A DNA stretch of 64,000 bases from Ruminococcus sp. (GTDB lineage: Bacteria; Bacillota; Clostridia; Oscillospirales; Ruminococcaceae): assembly GCA_017534835.1 (NCBI GenBank), contig JAFXVT010000029.1, positions 23,564 to 87,563 on the forward strand, in the 5' to 3' direction. Shown here piece after piece: positions 18,962-29,525 of the stretch. A model generated the notes under the pieces. It was not told the origin of the DNA. It made no database searches and saw only the letters and a program-made list of their open reading frames with translations. The position numbers and the translations under genes were made by a program. How positions within the stretch are numbered: position 1 is the first letter of the stretch; each line of letters starts with the position of its first letter.

Positions 18962-19663
18962 GTGACGCCAATGAACGAATTCTTACAGAAGCTTTATGAC
19001 ACCTTTATATATGACGACCGCTGGAAGTACCTGACAAACGGTCTGAAAACAACACTCGTCATCACATTCTTCGCTGTTATCATCGGTATGCTGCTCGGCT
19101 TCATCGTGGCTATAATTCGTGCTACCCATGATAAGACGGGCAAATTCCCGATACTCAATTTTCTTGCGAAGGTCTACCTCACTGTTATCAGAGGTACTCC
19201 CGTAATGGTTCAGCTGCTCATTATCTACTACGTTATTTTTGCATCCGTTGACATCAATAAAGTCCTCGTCGGTGTACTCGCATTCGGCTTCAATTCAGGA
19301 GCTTACGTTGCTGAGATAGTACGCTCCGGTATAATGTCTATCGACAACGGACAGTTTGAAGCCGGCACGAGCCTCGGTATGAACTACACTAAAACGATGT
19401 TCTATATCGTTATGCCTCAGGCTTTCAAGAACGTACTTCCTGCACTTGCGAACGAGTGTATCGTTCTGCTGAAGGAGACCTCGGTTGCCGGTTACATTGC
19501 TCTTGAGGACCTCACAAAGGGCGGAGACATAATCCGAAGCCTTACATACGAAGCTTTCCTGCCGCTCATCGCGGTGGCTCTCATTTACCTTGTAATGGTC
19601 GTTACGCTGAGCTCGCTCGTAACAAGGCTCGAAAGGAGGCTCGCTAAAAGTGATAGAGGTTAA
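18962..19663 (+). CDS. Amino acid ABC transporter permease
   Basis: His/Glu/Gln/Arg-type permease motifs ([20 protein letters not shown]). Start is the GTG at 18962 or the ATG at 18971. Confidence 0.9.
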   Translation: MTPMNEFLQKLYDTFIYDDRWKYLTNGLKTTLVITFFAVIIGMLLGFIVAIIRATHDKTGKFPILNFLAKVYLTVIRGTPVMVQLLIIYYVIFASVDINKVLVGVLAFGFNSGAYVAEIVRSGIMSIDNGQFEAGTSLGMNYTKTMFYIVMPQAFKNVLPALANECIVLLKETSVAGYIALEDLTKGGDIIRSLTYEAFLPLIAVALIYLVMVVTLSSLVTRLERRLAKSDRG

Positions 19664-20375
19664 GGGACTGAAAAAATCATTCGGTGAGCTGGAGATACTC
19701 AAAGGTATCGACACCACTATCAATAATGGCGAAAAGGTCGTTGTCATCGGACCTTCCGGCTCAGGCAAGAGTACCTTTCTGCGCTGTCTGAACAGACTTG
19801 AAAAGCCTACATCAGGCAAGATAATCTTCGAGGGCAAGGACCTTACGGAGCTATCCGACCGACAGCTGTGTGCTGTGCGTGAGAAAATGGGGATGGTATT
19901 CCAGCATTTCCACCTGTTTCCGCATCTGACGATACTCAACAATCTCACTCTCGCTCCCGTAAAGCTCAAGCTTATGAATAAGGCAGATGCTGCTGCTAAA
20001 GCAAAGGTGATGCTCGATAAGGTAGGACTCGCCGATAAGGCTGACGCTTATCCGAACCAGCTTTCGGGCGGTCAGAAGCAGCGTATAGCTATCGCTCGCG
20101 CGCTTTGTATGAATCCCGATGTTATGCTCTTTGACGAGCCTACCTCCGCTCTTGACCCCGAAATGGTCGGAGAGGTGCTCAATCTGATGAAGCAGCTTGC
20201 CGACGAGGGTATGACAATGGTGGTCGTTACTCACGAAATGGGGTTCGCACGCGAGGTCGCTTCAAGAGTGATGTTTATGGACGGCGGGCGCATTATGGAG
20301 GAGAATTCTCCGGAGGAATTCTTTGGCAATCCTCAGAATCCCCGACTGAAGGAATTCCTCTCGAAGGTGCTTTGA
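19650..20375 (+). CDS. Amino acid ABC transporter ATP-binding protein (GlnQ-like)
   Basis: [40 protein letters not shown] start overlaps the permease gene. Confidence 0.95.
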   Translation: MIEVKGLKKSFGELEILKGIDTTINNGEKVVVIGPSGSGKSTFLRCLNRLEKPTSGKIIFEGKDLTELSDRQLCAVREKMGMVFQHFHLFPHLTILNNLTLAPVKLKLMNKADAAAKAKVMLDKVGLADKADAYPNQLSGGQKQRIAIARALCMNPDVMLFDEPTSALDPEMVGEVLNLMKQLADEGMTMVVVTHEMGFAREVASRVMFMDGGRIMEENSPEEFFGNPQNPRLKEFLSKVL

Positions 20376-20376
20376 T

Positions 20377-20793
20377 ATGGATATTACCTGTAAATTCTAC
20401 GATGAGCTCCACAAGGACTGCGTATATATCCGCGAGGAAGTCTTTGTTAAGGAGCAGGGCTTTCAGTACGAATTCGACGATATTGACCACCTCTGCCGCC
20501 ACGCCGTCTTCTATATTGACGGTCAGCCTATTGCCACGGGACGCACCTTCTGCAAGGACGGTGTGTGGTATGTCGGACGCATCGCCGTTATGCCCGAATA
20601 CCGCGGCAGGGACATCGGCAGCAAAATGGTCCGCACACTTGAAGCCGAGGCTCTCAGGCAAGGCGCAGAGAGTACAACTCTTGCAGCTCAGTGCAGGGCT
20701 GCCGGATTCTACGAAAAGCTCGGTTATATCCAGACAAACGATCATCACGATGAGGAGGGCATACCTCACGTTATGATGATAAAAAAGCTGTAA
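20377..20793 (+). CDS. GNAT family N-acetyltransferase
   Basis: RIAVMPEYRGRDIGSKM acetyl-CoA binding motif. Start is 1 nt after the upstream stop. Confidence 0.8.
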   Translation: MDITCKFYDELHKDCVYIREEVFVKEQGFQYEFDDIDHLCRHAVFYIDGQPIATGRTFCKDGVWYVGRIAVMPEYRGRDIGSKMVRTLEAEALRQGAESTTLAAQCRAAGFYEKLGYIQTNDHHDEEGIPHVMMIKKL

Positions 20794-20852
20794 GATCTGA
20801 CTGCAAAAGGGTGCTTGATCTCTCTTTTGCAGTCATTTTGATAGGAGGAAAT

Positions 20853-21290
20853 ATGATCTACACGAAGCTTACCGTAAAGGCTATGCAGATCGCGTATGCC
20901 GCTCACCACGGACAGACAGATATCAACGGCGTCCCCTACATCTTTCACCCGTATCACGTCGCAGAGCAGATGGACGATGAGTATTCGGTCTGCGCTGCAC
21001 TCCTTCACGATGTTGTCGAGGATACCTGCGTGACCATCAAGGAACTTGAAGAGATATTTCCGCCGGAAGTTACTGAGGCGGTCCGTCTGCTGACTCACGA
21101 TGAAGATGTCAGCTATGAGGACTACATAGGCGCTATAAAACAGGATCAGATCGCAAGAAAGGTCAAGAAAGCAGACCTCGCACACAACTCAGATCAGAGC
21201 CGTATCGTCGATAGTTCAGCTGTTCCGGAGGAGAAGCTTGAGAGCTGGAGAGAAAAGTACGCTCTTGCAAGGAAGCTGCTTGAAAAATGA
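20853..21290 (+). CDS. HD-domain protein, RelA/SpoT-type (p)ppGpp hydrolase-like (small alarmone hydrolase)
   Basis: HHGQTDINGVPYIFHPYHVA ... AALLHDVVEDT. AGGAGG upstream of the ATG at 20853. Confidence 0.75.
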   Translation: MIYTKLTVKAMQIAYAAHHGQTDINGVPYIFHPYHVAEQMDDEYSVCAALLHDVVEDTCVTIKELEEIFPPEVTEAVRLLTHDEDVSYEDYIGAIKQDQIARKVKKADLAHNSDQSRIVDSSAVPEEKLESWREKYALARKLLEK

Positions 21291-21417
21291 AGGTGTAGAA
21301 TTTTTCATAAATTTTCTATGAACGAATCGTAAAAAATGCCATAGTGACAAAACGCCTTTTGTATGCTATAATATTACTTACATCGAAATTATTTCCCGCA
21401 GCGAGGAGGCGTGACAC

Positions 21418-22413
21418 TTGGATCTCAAAGCTAACTGCGGTATCTGGGGCACAATGTTCGGCGTGCCCTGTATTGTTGCCGATAATTTTCTGAAGCTTGC
21501 TACAGGCGAGCAGATAAAGGTGCTGCTTTATATTCTCAGAGCTTCCGGAAGGACCGTGAGCACGGAGGAGATAGTTGCTAATACCGGCGTTGATGCAAGG
21601 CAGGCTGAGGAAGCTGTTCTTTTCTGGCAGCAGGCAAATGTGCTTTCAGCCGACAGTAGCACAGCTGTTCCTAAGTCAGTTATGTCTGCACCTGCTCAGC
21701 AGCCTGTTCAGACTCAGCCGATACAGCAGAATACCGTTTCGGTCGAGGAGACACTTCTTGTGAACAGCTCTCCCCTGCCCAGGCGCAAAGAAAATCTCCG
21801 CCCGAGCGAGATAAGCGACATAATGAAGACCTCTCCCGAGATCGCAGAGCTTTTCAAGGCTGCGGAGGGAACTCTCGGACACATCAATAATACTATGCAG
21901 AATTCGCTTATATGGATGACTAATTATCTCGGACTCAAAGCCGAGGTCATTCTTATGCTGCTCGTTTACTGCGTGAAGATCGAAAAGACAAATGTGGCTT
22001 ATATCGAAAAAATCGCAATGACATGGTCTGAGAAGGACATTAACTCCATTGACGCTGCACAGGACGAGATTGAGCGACTGACAAGCTCCAATGACTACGT
22101 AGGCGGCATAATGAAGCTGTTCGAGCTAAAATGCAGACCCACTTCAAAGCAGCTCGAGATCATTGAGGACTGGCGCAAAGCTGATTATAGCCGCGATCTG
22201 ATACACTATGCGTATGAGAAATCTATCGAGAATACGAATAAGGTATCGTTCGCCTATATTAATAAGGTATTGATGTCGTGGAGCGAAAACGGCTACAAGA
22301 CCTCAGATGATGTCAAAAGAGCTGAGTCGGATTACCGGAAGCGTAAGAAGTCCGGTTCGGAAAACGATTCTTTTGATGCGGACAAGTATAATTTCGTTAT
22401 CAATAACTTTTAA
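21418..22413 (+). CDS. DnaD-domain replication protein (B. subtilis DnaB/DnaD-like helicase-loader partner)
   Basis: Two DnaD-like C-terminal modules (YIEKIAMTWSEKDI, YINKVLMSWSENGY). TTG start 8 nt after AGGAGG. Confidence 0.7.
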   Translation: MDLKANCGIWGTMFGVPCIVADNFLKLATGEQIKVLLYILRASGRTVSTEEIVANTGVDARQAEEAVLFWQQANVLSADSSTAVPKSVMSAPAQQPVQTQPIQQNTVSVEETLLVNSSPLPRRKENLRPSEISDIMKTSPEIAELFKAAEGTLGHINNTMQNSLIWMTNYLGLKAEVILMLLVYCVKIEKTNVAYIEKIAMTWSEKDINSIDAAQDEIERLTSSNDYVGGIMKLFELKCRPTSKQLEIIEDWRKADYSRDLIHYAYEKSIENTNKVSFAYINKVLMSWSENGYKTSDDVKRAESDYRKRKKSGSENDSFDADKYNFVINNF

Positions 22414-22427
22414 AAGAGGTACTTGCC

Positions 22428-23399
22428 TTGAACGAAGAGATATATGATAAAGCGCGTGCTATCCTCTCTCAGCGTCGTAACAGTGCGATCAGTGAGAATG
22501 ACAGGCGCATTCAGGAGATCAATGATACTATCCCTGAGATAAGGGAGATAAACGAAGCTCTTTTCAATACCGGAAAAGAGCTTATTCGTGCTGTAACATC
22601 GCATGAAGGCGGTGATATACAGACAAAGATAGAACAGATAAAGCGTGACAATCTGAGTGCGCAGGATATGTGCCGGAAGCTTCTCGTTTCAAACGGTTAT
22701 CCGGCGGATTATCTCGATATACACTTCACCTGCCCTGTTTGCAGCGACACCGGAAGCAACGGAACCCAGATATGCGATTGTCTGCGGCAGGTCTACGGAA
22801 AGCTTATGGCTGAATCCTTCAATTCAAACGCTCAGCTCAGGCTTTCTTCATTTGATACGTTCAGCCTGAGCTATTACAGCGGCGACGATTACTTCACAAT
22901 GAAGCGTATACTCGAATACTGCAAAAGATATGCAGATGAGTTCTCGCAGGATTCGGGAAATATCCTGATGTTCGGCAAAACGGGTCTCGGAAAGACCCAC
23001 CTCTCCCTTGCGATCGCCTCTGAGGTGATGAAGAAGGGCTACGGCGTTCTCTACGACTCTGCTATCAATATACTATATAAAATACAAAAGGAGAATTTCA
23101 GCTATTCGAGCGATTCCGAGATGCTCGATTCTGTGATGACTGTCGAGCTGCTCATTCTTGATGACCTCGGCACCGAATATGAGAACAAGATCTACAACTC
23201 TACTATTTATAATATAATAAACACACGTCTAAATCGTGGGAAGCCTACTATTATAAGTACAAATATGGATTTCAAGCAGATAGCGGAGCGTTATGATGAG
23301 CGCGTCGTGTCGCGTCTGACTTCTATGTACACCTGTATGGAGTTCCGCGGTGAGGACGTAAGACTTCAGAAAAAGCACCAAAATGCGGACCTGAGGTGA
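22428..23399 (+). CDS. DnaI/DnaC-like AAA+ helicase loader
   Basis: Zn-binding CPVCSDTG...CDC, Walker A GKTGLGKTHL, Walker B LILDDLG. TTG start 8 nt after AAGAGG. Confidence 0.8.
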   Translation: MNEEIYDKARAILSQRRNSAISENDRRIQEINDTIPEIREINEALFNTGKELIRAVTSHEGGDIQTKIEQIKRDNLSAQDMCRKLLVSNGYPADYLDIHFTCPVCSDTGSNGTQICDCLRQVYGKLMAESFNSNAQLRLSSFDTFSLSYYSGDDYFTMKRILEYCKRYADEFSQDSGNILMFGKTGLGKTHLSLAIASEVMKKGYGVLYDSAINILYKIQKENFSYSSDSEMLDSVMTVELLILDDLGTEYENKIYNSTIYNIINTRLNRGKPTIISTNMDFKQIAERYDERVVSRLTSMYTCMEFRGEDVRLQKKHQNADLR

Positions 23400-23426
23400 A
23401 CAAAACGACATTTTTCGCTATTTTTC

Positions 23427-23457
23427 GGGGACAGTGATTATATTGTCCCCATTTTTT
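23427..23457 (+). terminator. Rho-independent terminator
   Basis: GGGGACA / TGTCCCC stem followed by ATTTTTT. Confidence 0.75.
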
Positions 23458-24088
23458 GCGGATCTTAGCATATATAAAAGCCATATAATGCTATATTTCG
23501 GGACAATATAAAATTTGCCGTTAAATTGTACATAAAATCCTGAAAGTTAGTGTAATAACACTGCATAATGCACAGCAGTAACTTATCTGTAATTATGAAT
23601 TAGTCAAAAAGGCTATTTTATGGCTGAATATTCACAAAATCCGACCTTTGCAATTTCTTTGCAATTACAACTGAAAGGTAACAAAAGCGTAAAAATGAAA
23701 CTCAATCTATCAATCTACCTTTCGTACAAGTATATGCCCTATAATTCGACAATATGCACAACGAAATGTGTGCTGGTTTGTCACATATGGTAGTTTCCGG
23801 ACGGTATTATACAATTTGTAATCAAGCGCTTTACCCTTGAATGTTACGAATTTGTAATAATTTACTGTTTATTATTTTGAATTATCCTCACTTACGCTAT
23901 ATTCCGTTCATAAATAGTACATATTATATGTGACATTTTAACCGGTTTCCACAAATCTAACAGTTCATTTTTGTTTGTAAAATGGAAAAAAATTCAAAAC
24001 TGTTGCTATTCTCCGCCAAATGTGGTAATATTATCACAGTTCGCAAATCGAACGAATAACGAATGCTTTTCGAGGAAAGGATGAGTTG

Positions 24089-24979
24089 ATGAGAAAAGCT
24101 AAAGTTGCAGCGTTTATTGTCGGAGGCGTTTCCACTTGCATATTTGGCGGACTTTTCGGTGTATATGCTACGGCACCCATCGTAAGTTCAGTCGCTCCGA
24201 GCCATGATGTTGAAAATATCTACGAAGTAAAAAGCGAAGAATTGGCAAATGTAGCTGCAGTAACTTCTATCAGAACAACAGCCACCACAACAAGCAGAAA
24301 GTTCAATACGACCACTAAGGCAACCAGTGCCGCTATCAAAAACGTAAATACTGATTCGACAGCTGCTTCAGCAGATGCTGATACAGCTTCCGAGATCCCG
24401 GCTCCTGTTCCGGCTCCTGAGGCTCCTACGGAAGTTATCACCGAGGCTCCTACAACAGTTGCCACAACTGTAGAGACCGTTACAGAAGCTCCTACAACAG
24501 AGTATGTTTACGTTGAACCCACTACAGAAGCTATCACTGAAGCTCCTACAGAAGCAGTAGTGACCGAGCCTGTCACAGAGGCAGTCACAGAAGCTCCTAC
24601 AGAGGCTGAAGTCGTAGTTGATGTTCAGGTCAACGAAGCAGCAGCTCTTCCCATTACTGATGCAGAGTACATCATCTTATGTAACGCAGTTGCTCACGAG
24701 GCTGGCTGCTACTGGATCGATGAGTATGACAAGGCTAAGGTAGTTGAGGTAATAATGAATCGAGTATACAGCCCGAGATTCCCCAACACCATTGAAGGCG
24801 TTCTTACTCAGCCGGCTCAGTTCAGCGGTTCTTCGAGCTATGTATACCTCGGAACTTACTCAGCTTATGTTACCGAGAGCGTAAAGAATGCCGTTAATCT
24901 CTATTTCAATGAGCCCGATTCCTTCACACAGGGTTATCTGAGCTTCTACGGAGACGGCTATCGCAATTATTTTTCATAA
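24089..24979 (+). CDS. Cell wall hydrolase, SleB-type (Hydrolase_2) with N-terminal TM anchor and Thr/Ala/Glu/Pro-rich linker
   Basis: C-terminal domain LCNAVAHEAG...VIMNRV...TQPAQFSG. N-terminal hydrophobic helix. Repetitive TEAPT linker. Confidence 0.8.
   Translation: MRKAKVAAFIVGGVSTCIFGGLFGVYATAPIVSSVAPSHDVENIYEVKSEELANVAAVTSIRTTATTTSRKFNTTTKATSAAIKNVNTDSTAASADADTASEIPAPVPAPEAPTEVITEAPTTVATTVETVTEAPTTEYVYVEPTTEAITEAPTEAVVTEPVTEAVTEAPTEAEVVVDVQVNEAAALPITDAEYIILCNAVAHEAGCYWIDEYDKAKVVEVIMNRVYSPRFPNTIEGVLTQPAQFSGSSSYVYLGTYSAYVTESVKNAVNLYFNEPDSFTQGYLSFYGDGYRNYFS
24416..24606 (+). repeat. Five dispersed copies of GA(A/G)GCTCCTAC(A/G) encoding (T)EAPT linker repeats
   Basis: Copies lie near 24418, 24443, 24485, 24539 and 24590. 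Confidence 0.8.
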
Positions 24980-25020
24980 TCAGCAATACATTTCTTTATA
25001 ATAAAACTTGTACAAAAGTT

Positions 25021-25052
25021 AAGGACCCTCGAACAAGAGAGTCCTTTTTTTT
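25021..25052 (+). terminator. Rho-independent terminator
   Basis: AAGGACCCTC / GAGAGTCCTT stem followed by TTTTTTTT. Confidence 0.8.
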
Positions 25053-25202
25053 ATGCCTGAGGTAATTATTTTCATTTACCGGAAGTTTCAGTGCCGAATT
25101 TTTCCATTTCACACAGATTTCACTTTTATCACATATTACCTGTTGTTTTTTGCTGCGAAATATGTTATAATTTTGTCATATCATCGAGAAGGAGTTGTTT
25201 CA

Positions 25203-27038
25203 ATGAAAGATGATAACAAGAACTATGTCAAGCACATCATAAGCTTTGTCATCGTTTCTATTGTAGGTCTTCTTATCCTGAATGCATTTATAATGTCGGC
25301 TCTGAGCAAGACTCAGATAAAAGAAACGAATTACAGTTTCTTTCTGAATCAGGTCGAGGCTGGCAGAGTTACTCAGGTCAAGGTCGAGAGTGATGAGATA
25401 CGCTTTGAGGTAAAGGACGAGGACGGTCACAAACAGCTGTATTCGACCGGTAAAATGGACGACCCTGAGCTCGTTTCGCGGCTCTACGAAAAAGGCGACA
25501 TTATCTTCACCGAAAGCTTCAAGCAGAACAGCCTTCTGATAAGCTTCCTCGTGAACTGGATACTGCCTATCATCATATTTATGGTGCTCTGGAACCTGCT
25601 TTTCAAGGGTATGAGCAAGCACCTCGGCGGAAATGCACTCTCTTTCGGCAAGAGCAACGCTAAGATATATGTGAAGGCTCAGACAGGCAAGACCTTTGAG
25701 GACGTTGCCGGTCAGGACGAAGCAAAGGAAGCACTTGAAGAGATCGTCGATTTCCTCCATAACCCCAATAAATACGCTGACATCGGTGCCGACCTTCCGA
25801 AGGGTGCGCTTCTCGTCGGACCTCCCGGCACCGGTAAGACTCTGCTCGCTCAGGCTGTCGCAGGCGAGGCTAATGTCCCCTTCTTCTCTATCTCCGGCTC
25901 TGAATTCGTCGAGATGTTCGTCGGAATGGGTGCGGCTAAGGTGCGCGACTTGTTCAAGCAGGCGAATACAAAGGCTCCGTGTATCGTTTTCATAGATGAG
26001 ATAGATACTATCGGCAAGAAGCGTGACGGAAGCCTCGGCGGCAACGATGAGCGTGAGCAGACTCTCAACCAGCTTCTCACTGAAATGGACGGCTTCGACG
26101 GCAAAAAAGGCGTTGTCATACTTGCAGCTACCAACCGTCCCGAATCACTCGACCCTGCGCTCCTGCGTCCCGGACGCTTCGACAGACGCATACCTGCTGA
26201 GCTTCCCGACCTCGCCGGAAGAATAGCTATACTGAAGGTCCACGCTAAAAAGGTCAAGACAGAAGATAATATCGACTACAATGCGATCGCAAGAGCTACA
26301 GCAGGCGCTTCCGGCGCTGAGCTCGCAAATATCATCAACGAGGCCGCTCTGAGAGCTGTAAGAAGCGGCAGGAGCCTTGTTAATCAGTCTGACCTTGAGG
26401 AGAGCGTTGAAGTCGTTATTGCAGGCTATCAGCGTAAAAATGCAGTTATCTCACAGAAGGAGAAGGAGATAATCGCTTATCACGAGATAGGTCACGCTCT
26501 TGTTGCTGCAAAGCAGAAGGACGCCGCACCGGTACATAAGATAACGATAATCCCACGTACAAGCGGCGCTCTCGGTTATACTATGCAGGTAGATGAGGAC
26601 GAGAAGTTCCTGATGACCAAGGAAGAGGCTCTCGCACGTATCGCGACACTCACAGGCGGACGTTCCGCTGAGGAGCTCATCTTCAACAGCTGCACAAGCG
26701 GTGCTTCAAACGACATCGAACAGGCTACAAAGCTCGCGCGTGCTATGGTAACACGTTTTGGTATGAGTGACGGCTTCGATATGATAGCTCTCGAAACGAT
26801 AACGAATCAGTACCTCGGCGGAGATGCTTCACTCGCCTGCTCGCCCGAGACTGCTGCTAAGATCGACGAGGAAGTAAATGCCATCGTCAAGAACGCTCAC
26901 GAAAAAGCAGCACAGATACTCAGCGACAATATCGAAAAGCTCCACGAGCTCGCTAAGTTCCTGCTTGAAAAGGAAACTATCACAGGCGAGGAGTTTATGG
27001 AGATACTCAATAAAAAAGAAACACTTGCTATCGAATAG
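25203..27038 (+). CDS. ftsH: ATP-dependent zinc metalloprotease FtsH
   Basis: GAAGGAG upstream of the ATG at 25203. Two TM helices, AAA module [11 protein letters not shown] / IVFIDEID, and the SRH and HEIGHAL zinc motifs. Confidence 0.97.
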   Translation: MKDDNKNYVKHIISFVIVSIVGLLILNAFIMSALSKTQIKETNYSFFLNQVEAGRVTQVKVESDEIRFEVKDEDGHKQLYSTGKMDDPELVSRLYEKGDIIFTESFKQNSLLISFLVNWILPIIIFMVLWNLLFKGMSKHLGGNALSFGKSNAKIYVKAQTGKTFEDVAGQDEAKEALEEIVDFLHNPNKYADIGADLPKGALLVGPPGTGKTLLAQAVAGEANVPFFSISGSEFVEMFVGMGAAKVRDLFKQANTKAPCIVFIDEIDTIGKKRDGSLGGNDEREQTLNQLLTEMDGFDGKKGVVILAATNRPESLDPALLRPGRFDRRIPAELPDLAGRIAILKVHAKKVKTEDNIDYNAIARATAGASGAELANIINEAALRAVRSGRSLVNQSDLEESVEVVIAGYQRKNAVISQKEKEIIAYHEIGHALVAAKQKDAAPVHKITIIPRTSGALGYTMQVDEDEKFLMTKEEALARIATLTGGRSAEELIFNSCTSGASNDIEQATKLARAMVTRFGMSDGFDMIALETITNQYLGGDASLACSPETAAKIDEEVNAIVKNAHEKAAQILSDNIEKLHELAKFLLEKETITGEEFMEILNKKETLAIE

Positions 27039-27043
27039 CATAG

Positions 27044-27080
27044 AACCTCTCCCCTGTTCGCACACGGGAGAGGTTTTTTC
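27044..27080 (+). terminator. Rho-independent terminator
   Basis: AACCTCTCCC / GGGAGAGGTT stem followed by TTTTT. Confidence 0.85.
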
Positions 27081-27152
27081 TTCGGAAATACTTGACTATT
27101 TCCGAAAAATGTGAGATAATAGATAAGATGTTTATCAGAAAGGACAATCGAA

Positions 27153-27671
27153 ATGAGAGAACTTACAGAAACAATGACAACATGGCTCGCAGACCACGGG
27201 ATACCCGAATGGCTCATACCTTTATTCGTATCGGTATTCCCGATAGTTGAGTTGCGCGGAGGCATAATCGCCGCACGACTGCTCGACCTCGAACTCTGGA
27301 AGGCTATATGGGTTTGTATGATCGGCAATATCATTCCCATACCGTTTATCCTGCTTTTCATAGATAAGATATTTGCCTTCATCAAGAAGCACAATATCCC
27401 TCTGCTCTGCAAATTCGTCACCTTCCTCGAAAACAAGGCTCTCAATAAGAGCGAAAAAATGGAGCGCGGAGAATTCGTCTTCCTGCTTCTCTTCGTTGGC
27501 ATACCGCTTCCCGGTACCGGTGCGTGGACAGGCTCTCTCATCGCTGTACTGAGGCGTATACCGCTGAAAAAGAGCGTTCCTGCGATTTTCCTCGGACTTT
27601 GCCTCGCTTCCGCGATAATGTGTGTACTGTGCTACGGCTTCCCGGGATTATTTGCAAAGATGTTCGGATAA
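27153..27671 (+). CDS. Small membrane protein, COG2426 / putative small multidrug export family-like
   Basis: 172 aa with 4-5 TM helices. PIVELRGGI and GTGAWTGSL blocks. Family call is from memory of the motif pattern. Confidence 0.55.
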   Translation: MRELTETMTTWLADHGIPEWLIPLFVSVFPIVELRGGIIAARLLDLELWKAIWVCMIGNIIPIPFILLFIDKIFAFIKKHNIPLLCKFVTFLENKALNKSEKMERGEFVFLLLFVGIPLPGTGAWTGSLIAVLRRIPLKKSVPAIFLGLCLASAIMCVLCYGFPGLFAKMFG

Positions 27672-27676
27672 TTGAA

Positions 27677-27730
27677 AAGGAGTACCCTGAATGCTGTCTA
27701 TACCGTAGCTTTAGGGTACTCCTTATTTTT
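27677..27730. terminator. Bidirectional terminator between convergent genes
   Basis: AAGGAGTACCCT / AGGGTACTCCTT 12-bp stem with T-runs on both strands. Confidence 0.75.
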
Positions 27731-29525
27731 ATATGAATGCCTGCTTTTTCAGTATGGATGTTATGACTCTTCCGAGCACGGTGAAATAGTTCATATCAGA
27801 TACGGACCACTTCTTGAAGCGTCCGACATAGCAGAATGAGACCATTCCCTTTATTACGCTTTCATCCGTCATAAGGTACTGCACAGCTCCGCCGATGTTT
27901 TCTTCCGTGAGCTGGCGGAAAGCAGCGTCCTCGCGTCCTTCGAGCTCGTTTACGTTGTCGATGGCAAAAACGCCGTCTCCGGAAAAATGCGACGTATAGC
28001 TGCCGCTGAGCAGATATGCTGCATTCCGCGATGAGGCATTGCTGCAGCTGAGGATAAGGTCCATATTATTGCCGGCAAACACGCATATATCGTCAATATC
28101 AAAGGCAGAGCGTATCTGCTCGAGCAGGACTGAAATATCCGGCACACGTCCGAAAACAAGGCTCTCGGACAGTCGTGCTGCAAAATCGAGCTTCTCGGAC
28201 ATATCCTTCTGTGTGCTGAGATAGACTATCTTCTTGTCCATATCCTTTTCGACGGGTCCGTGCTTGGCGATGTCATAGATGACATACCGGTTCTGACCCT
28301 TCTGCTGGGCGATATACAGGGCTTTATCCGCCTGCATAAAGAGCTCGTCAAAATCCGTGCTGTCGGTCGGATAAGTGGAGATACCCATTGAACAGGTAAG
28401 TCGGAAATTCTCAAAACGGTCACTGAACGCAAGCTCGATGTTGGTGCGTATAGCACGCAGTATTCCGCGCAGATCCTCTTCATCGCGCGTATTCTCAAGG
28501 ACTATCAGGAATCCTCCGCCGCTTATTCTGCCGGCGATGCCGCGTATGCCTATCTGGTCCTTGATTATCGCTGCGGCATTGTAAATTACCTCATCGCCGA
28601 AAAGGTGTCCATAGCTTGAATTGATGTCGGTGAAGTTGTCGATGTCGAGAATAACGATGTTTACGTTGCGATTGGGCTTCCCGGCGAGTATGTTCTTCGC
28701 AAAGGCGGTGACGGTGCGCTTGTTGAGGAGTCCGGAGAGCGAGTCCTTATTTGCTTCAAGTGCAAGGTTGGTGTCCTTTGTTTTCTGCCTTGAATTGATA
28801 ACGGAAATAATACCAGTGACCTTGCGAGAATCGGGAGCATCGTACCGCGTGATACCGCGGAAAAGGCACATTTCACGGTTTTTGCCTTCGGTCAGTATAG
28901 ATGATTCAAATTCGTAATCGAAGCGGTAAACTCCATTTTTGATGTCGCGGCAGAGCGTGTTGAAGGTCTCGATGTATCTTGAGAGTACCCAGCCGTTCTC
29001 TATCGCTGTTGACTGCCATTTTTCAAGCTCTTCGTCGGCAAGTATCACATCGCGGCAGCAATCGAACATATAAATGCGTATATGCCGCGTCTCAAAACTG
29101 TACTCGAATGCGAGGTCTGACGTAAGACTGAGAATGTATCTGTATTCATTAAGACTTCGCTCGCGGCTGCGTGAAATGCCTTCGAGAGAGAAGACGTCGC
29201 TAAGGTCGATCGAATACAGCGGCTCCTCCCCTTCTTCGTCGATAAGCTTGACGGAAGCAAGTACCCAGCGCAGAAGCCCGTTCACTCCCTTCATTCGGAT
29301 AACTGTGCGGTGCACCGTTCCGGCTTCCGCCTGAGCGATACACTCTTCGATTCGAGGGATATCCTCATCGTCGATCGTCCTCTTTATGGAATAAGTGACA
29401 TTATTGCCGAAATAGCTGAAAAAGGCTTCGCTTCCGCTCTGTGTGTGGAAGCTGCGGTCGACAACGACCCTGCCGATAGAATACAAAGTGCGGTCATTTG
29501 CAGATGTTCTGCCGTTCACGTACAT
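27729..29525 (-). CDS. GGDEF-domain protein with N-terminal PAS-like and C-terminal GAF-like regions and a degenerate signature motif
   Basis: LDIDNFTDINSSYGHLFGDEV block, then RISGGGFLIVL where GGDEF is expected. The ATG at 29525 is preferred to the upstream extension. Confidence 0.85.
   Translation of the reverse strand: MYVNGRTSANDRTLYSIGRVVVDRSFHTQSGSEAFFSYFGNNVTYSIKRTIDDEDIPRIEECIAQAEAGTVHRTVIRMKGVNGLLRWVLASVKLIDEEGEEPLYSIDLSDVFSLEGISRSRERSLNEYRYILSLTSDLAFEYSFETRHIRIYMFDCCRDVILADEELEKWQSTAIENGWVLSRYIETFNTLCRDIKNGVYRFDYEFESSILTEGKNREMCLFRGITRYDAPDSRKVTGIISVINSRQKTKDTNLALEANKDSLSGLLNKRTVTAFAKNILAGKPNRNVNIVILDIDNFTDINSSYGHLFGDEVIYNAAAIIKDQIGIRGIAGRISGGGFLIVLENTRDEEDLRGILRAIRTNIELAFSDRFENFRLTCSMGISTYPTDSTDFDELFMQADKALYIAQQKGQNRYVIYDIAKHGPVEKDMDKKIVYLSTQKDMSEKLDFAARLSESLVFGRVPDISVLLEQIRSAFDIDDICVFAGNNMDLILSCSNASSRNAAYLLSGSYTSHFSGDGVFAIDNVNELEGREDAAFRQLTEENIGGAVQYLMTDESVIKGMVSFCYVGRFKKWSVSDMNYFTVLGRVITSILKKQAFI

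Noticed and set aside
21418-23399. Prophage origin of the DnaD/DnaC-like pair
   Set aside because: The window has no integrase, repressor, terminase or structural genes, and no att-like repeats. The flanking genes are ordinary chromosomal genes.
23459-24085. Replication origin next to the dnaD/dnaI-like genes
   Set aside because: I found no cluster of DnaA boxes. Only one 2-mismatch match to TTATCCACA occurs near 23949, and dnaA/dnaN are not adjacent.
25053-25202. N-terminal extensions offered by the ORF track (ftsH from 25053, pfl from 29806, GH31 from 15580, GH53 from 53236, the GGDEF gene from 29567, the Rrf2 gene from 58462)
   Set aside because: In each case an internal ATG preceded by a strong SD site matches the conserved N-terminus of the family. 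The extension also overlaps promoter or terminator sequence.
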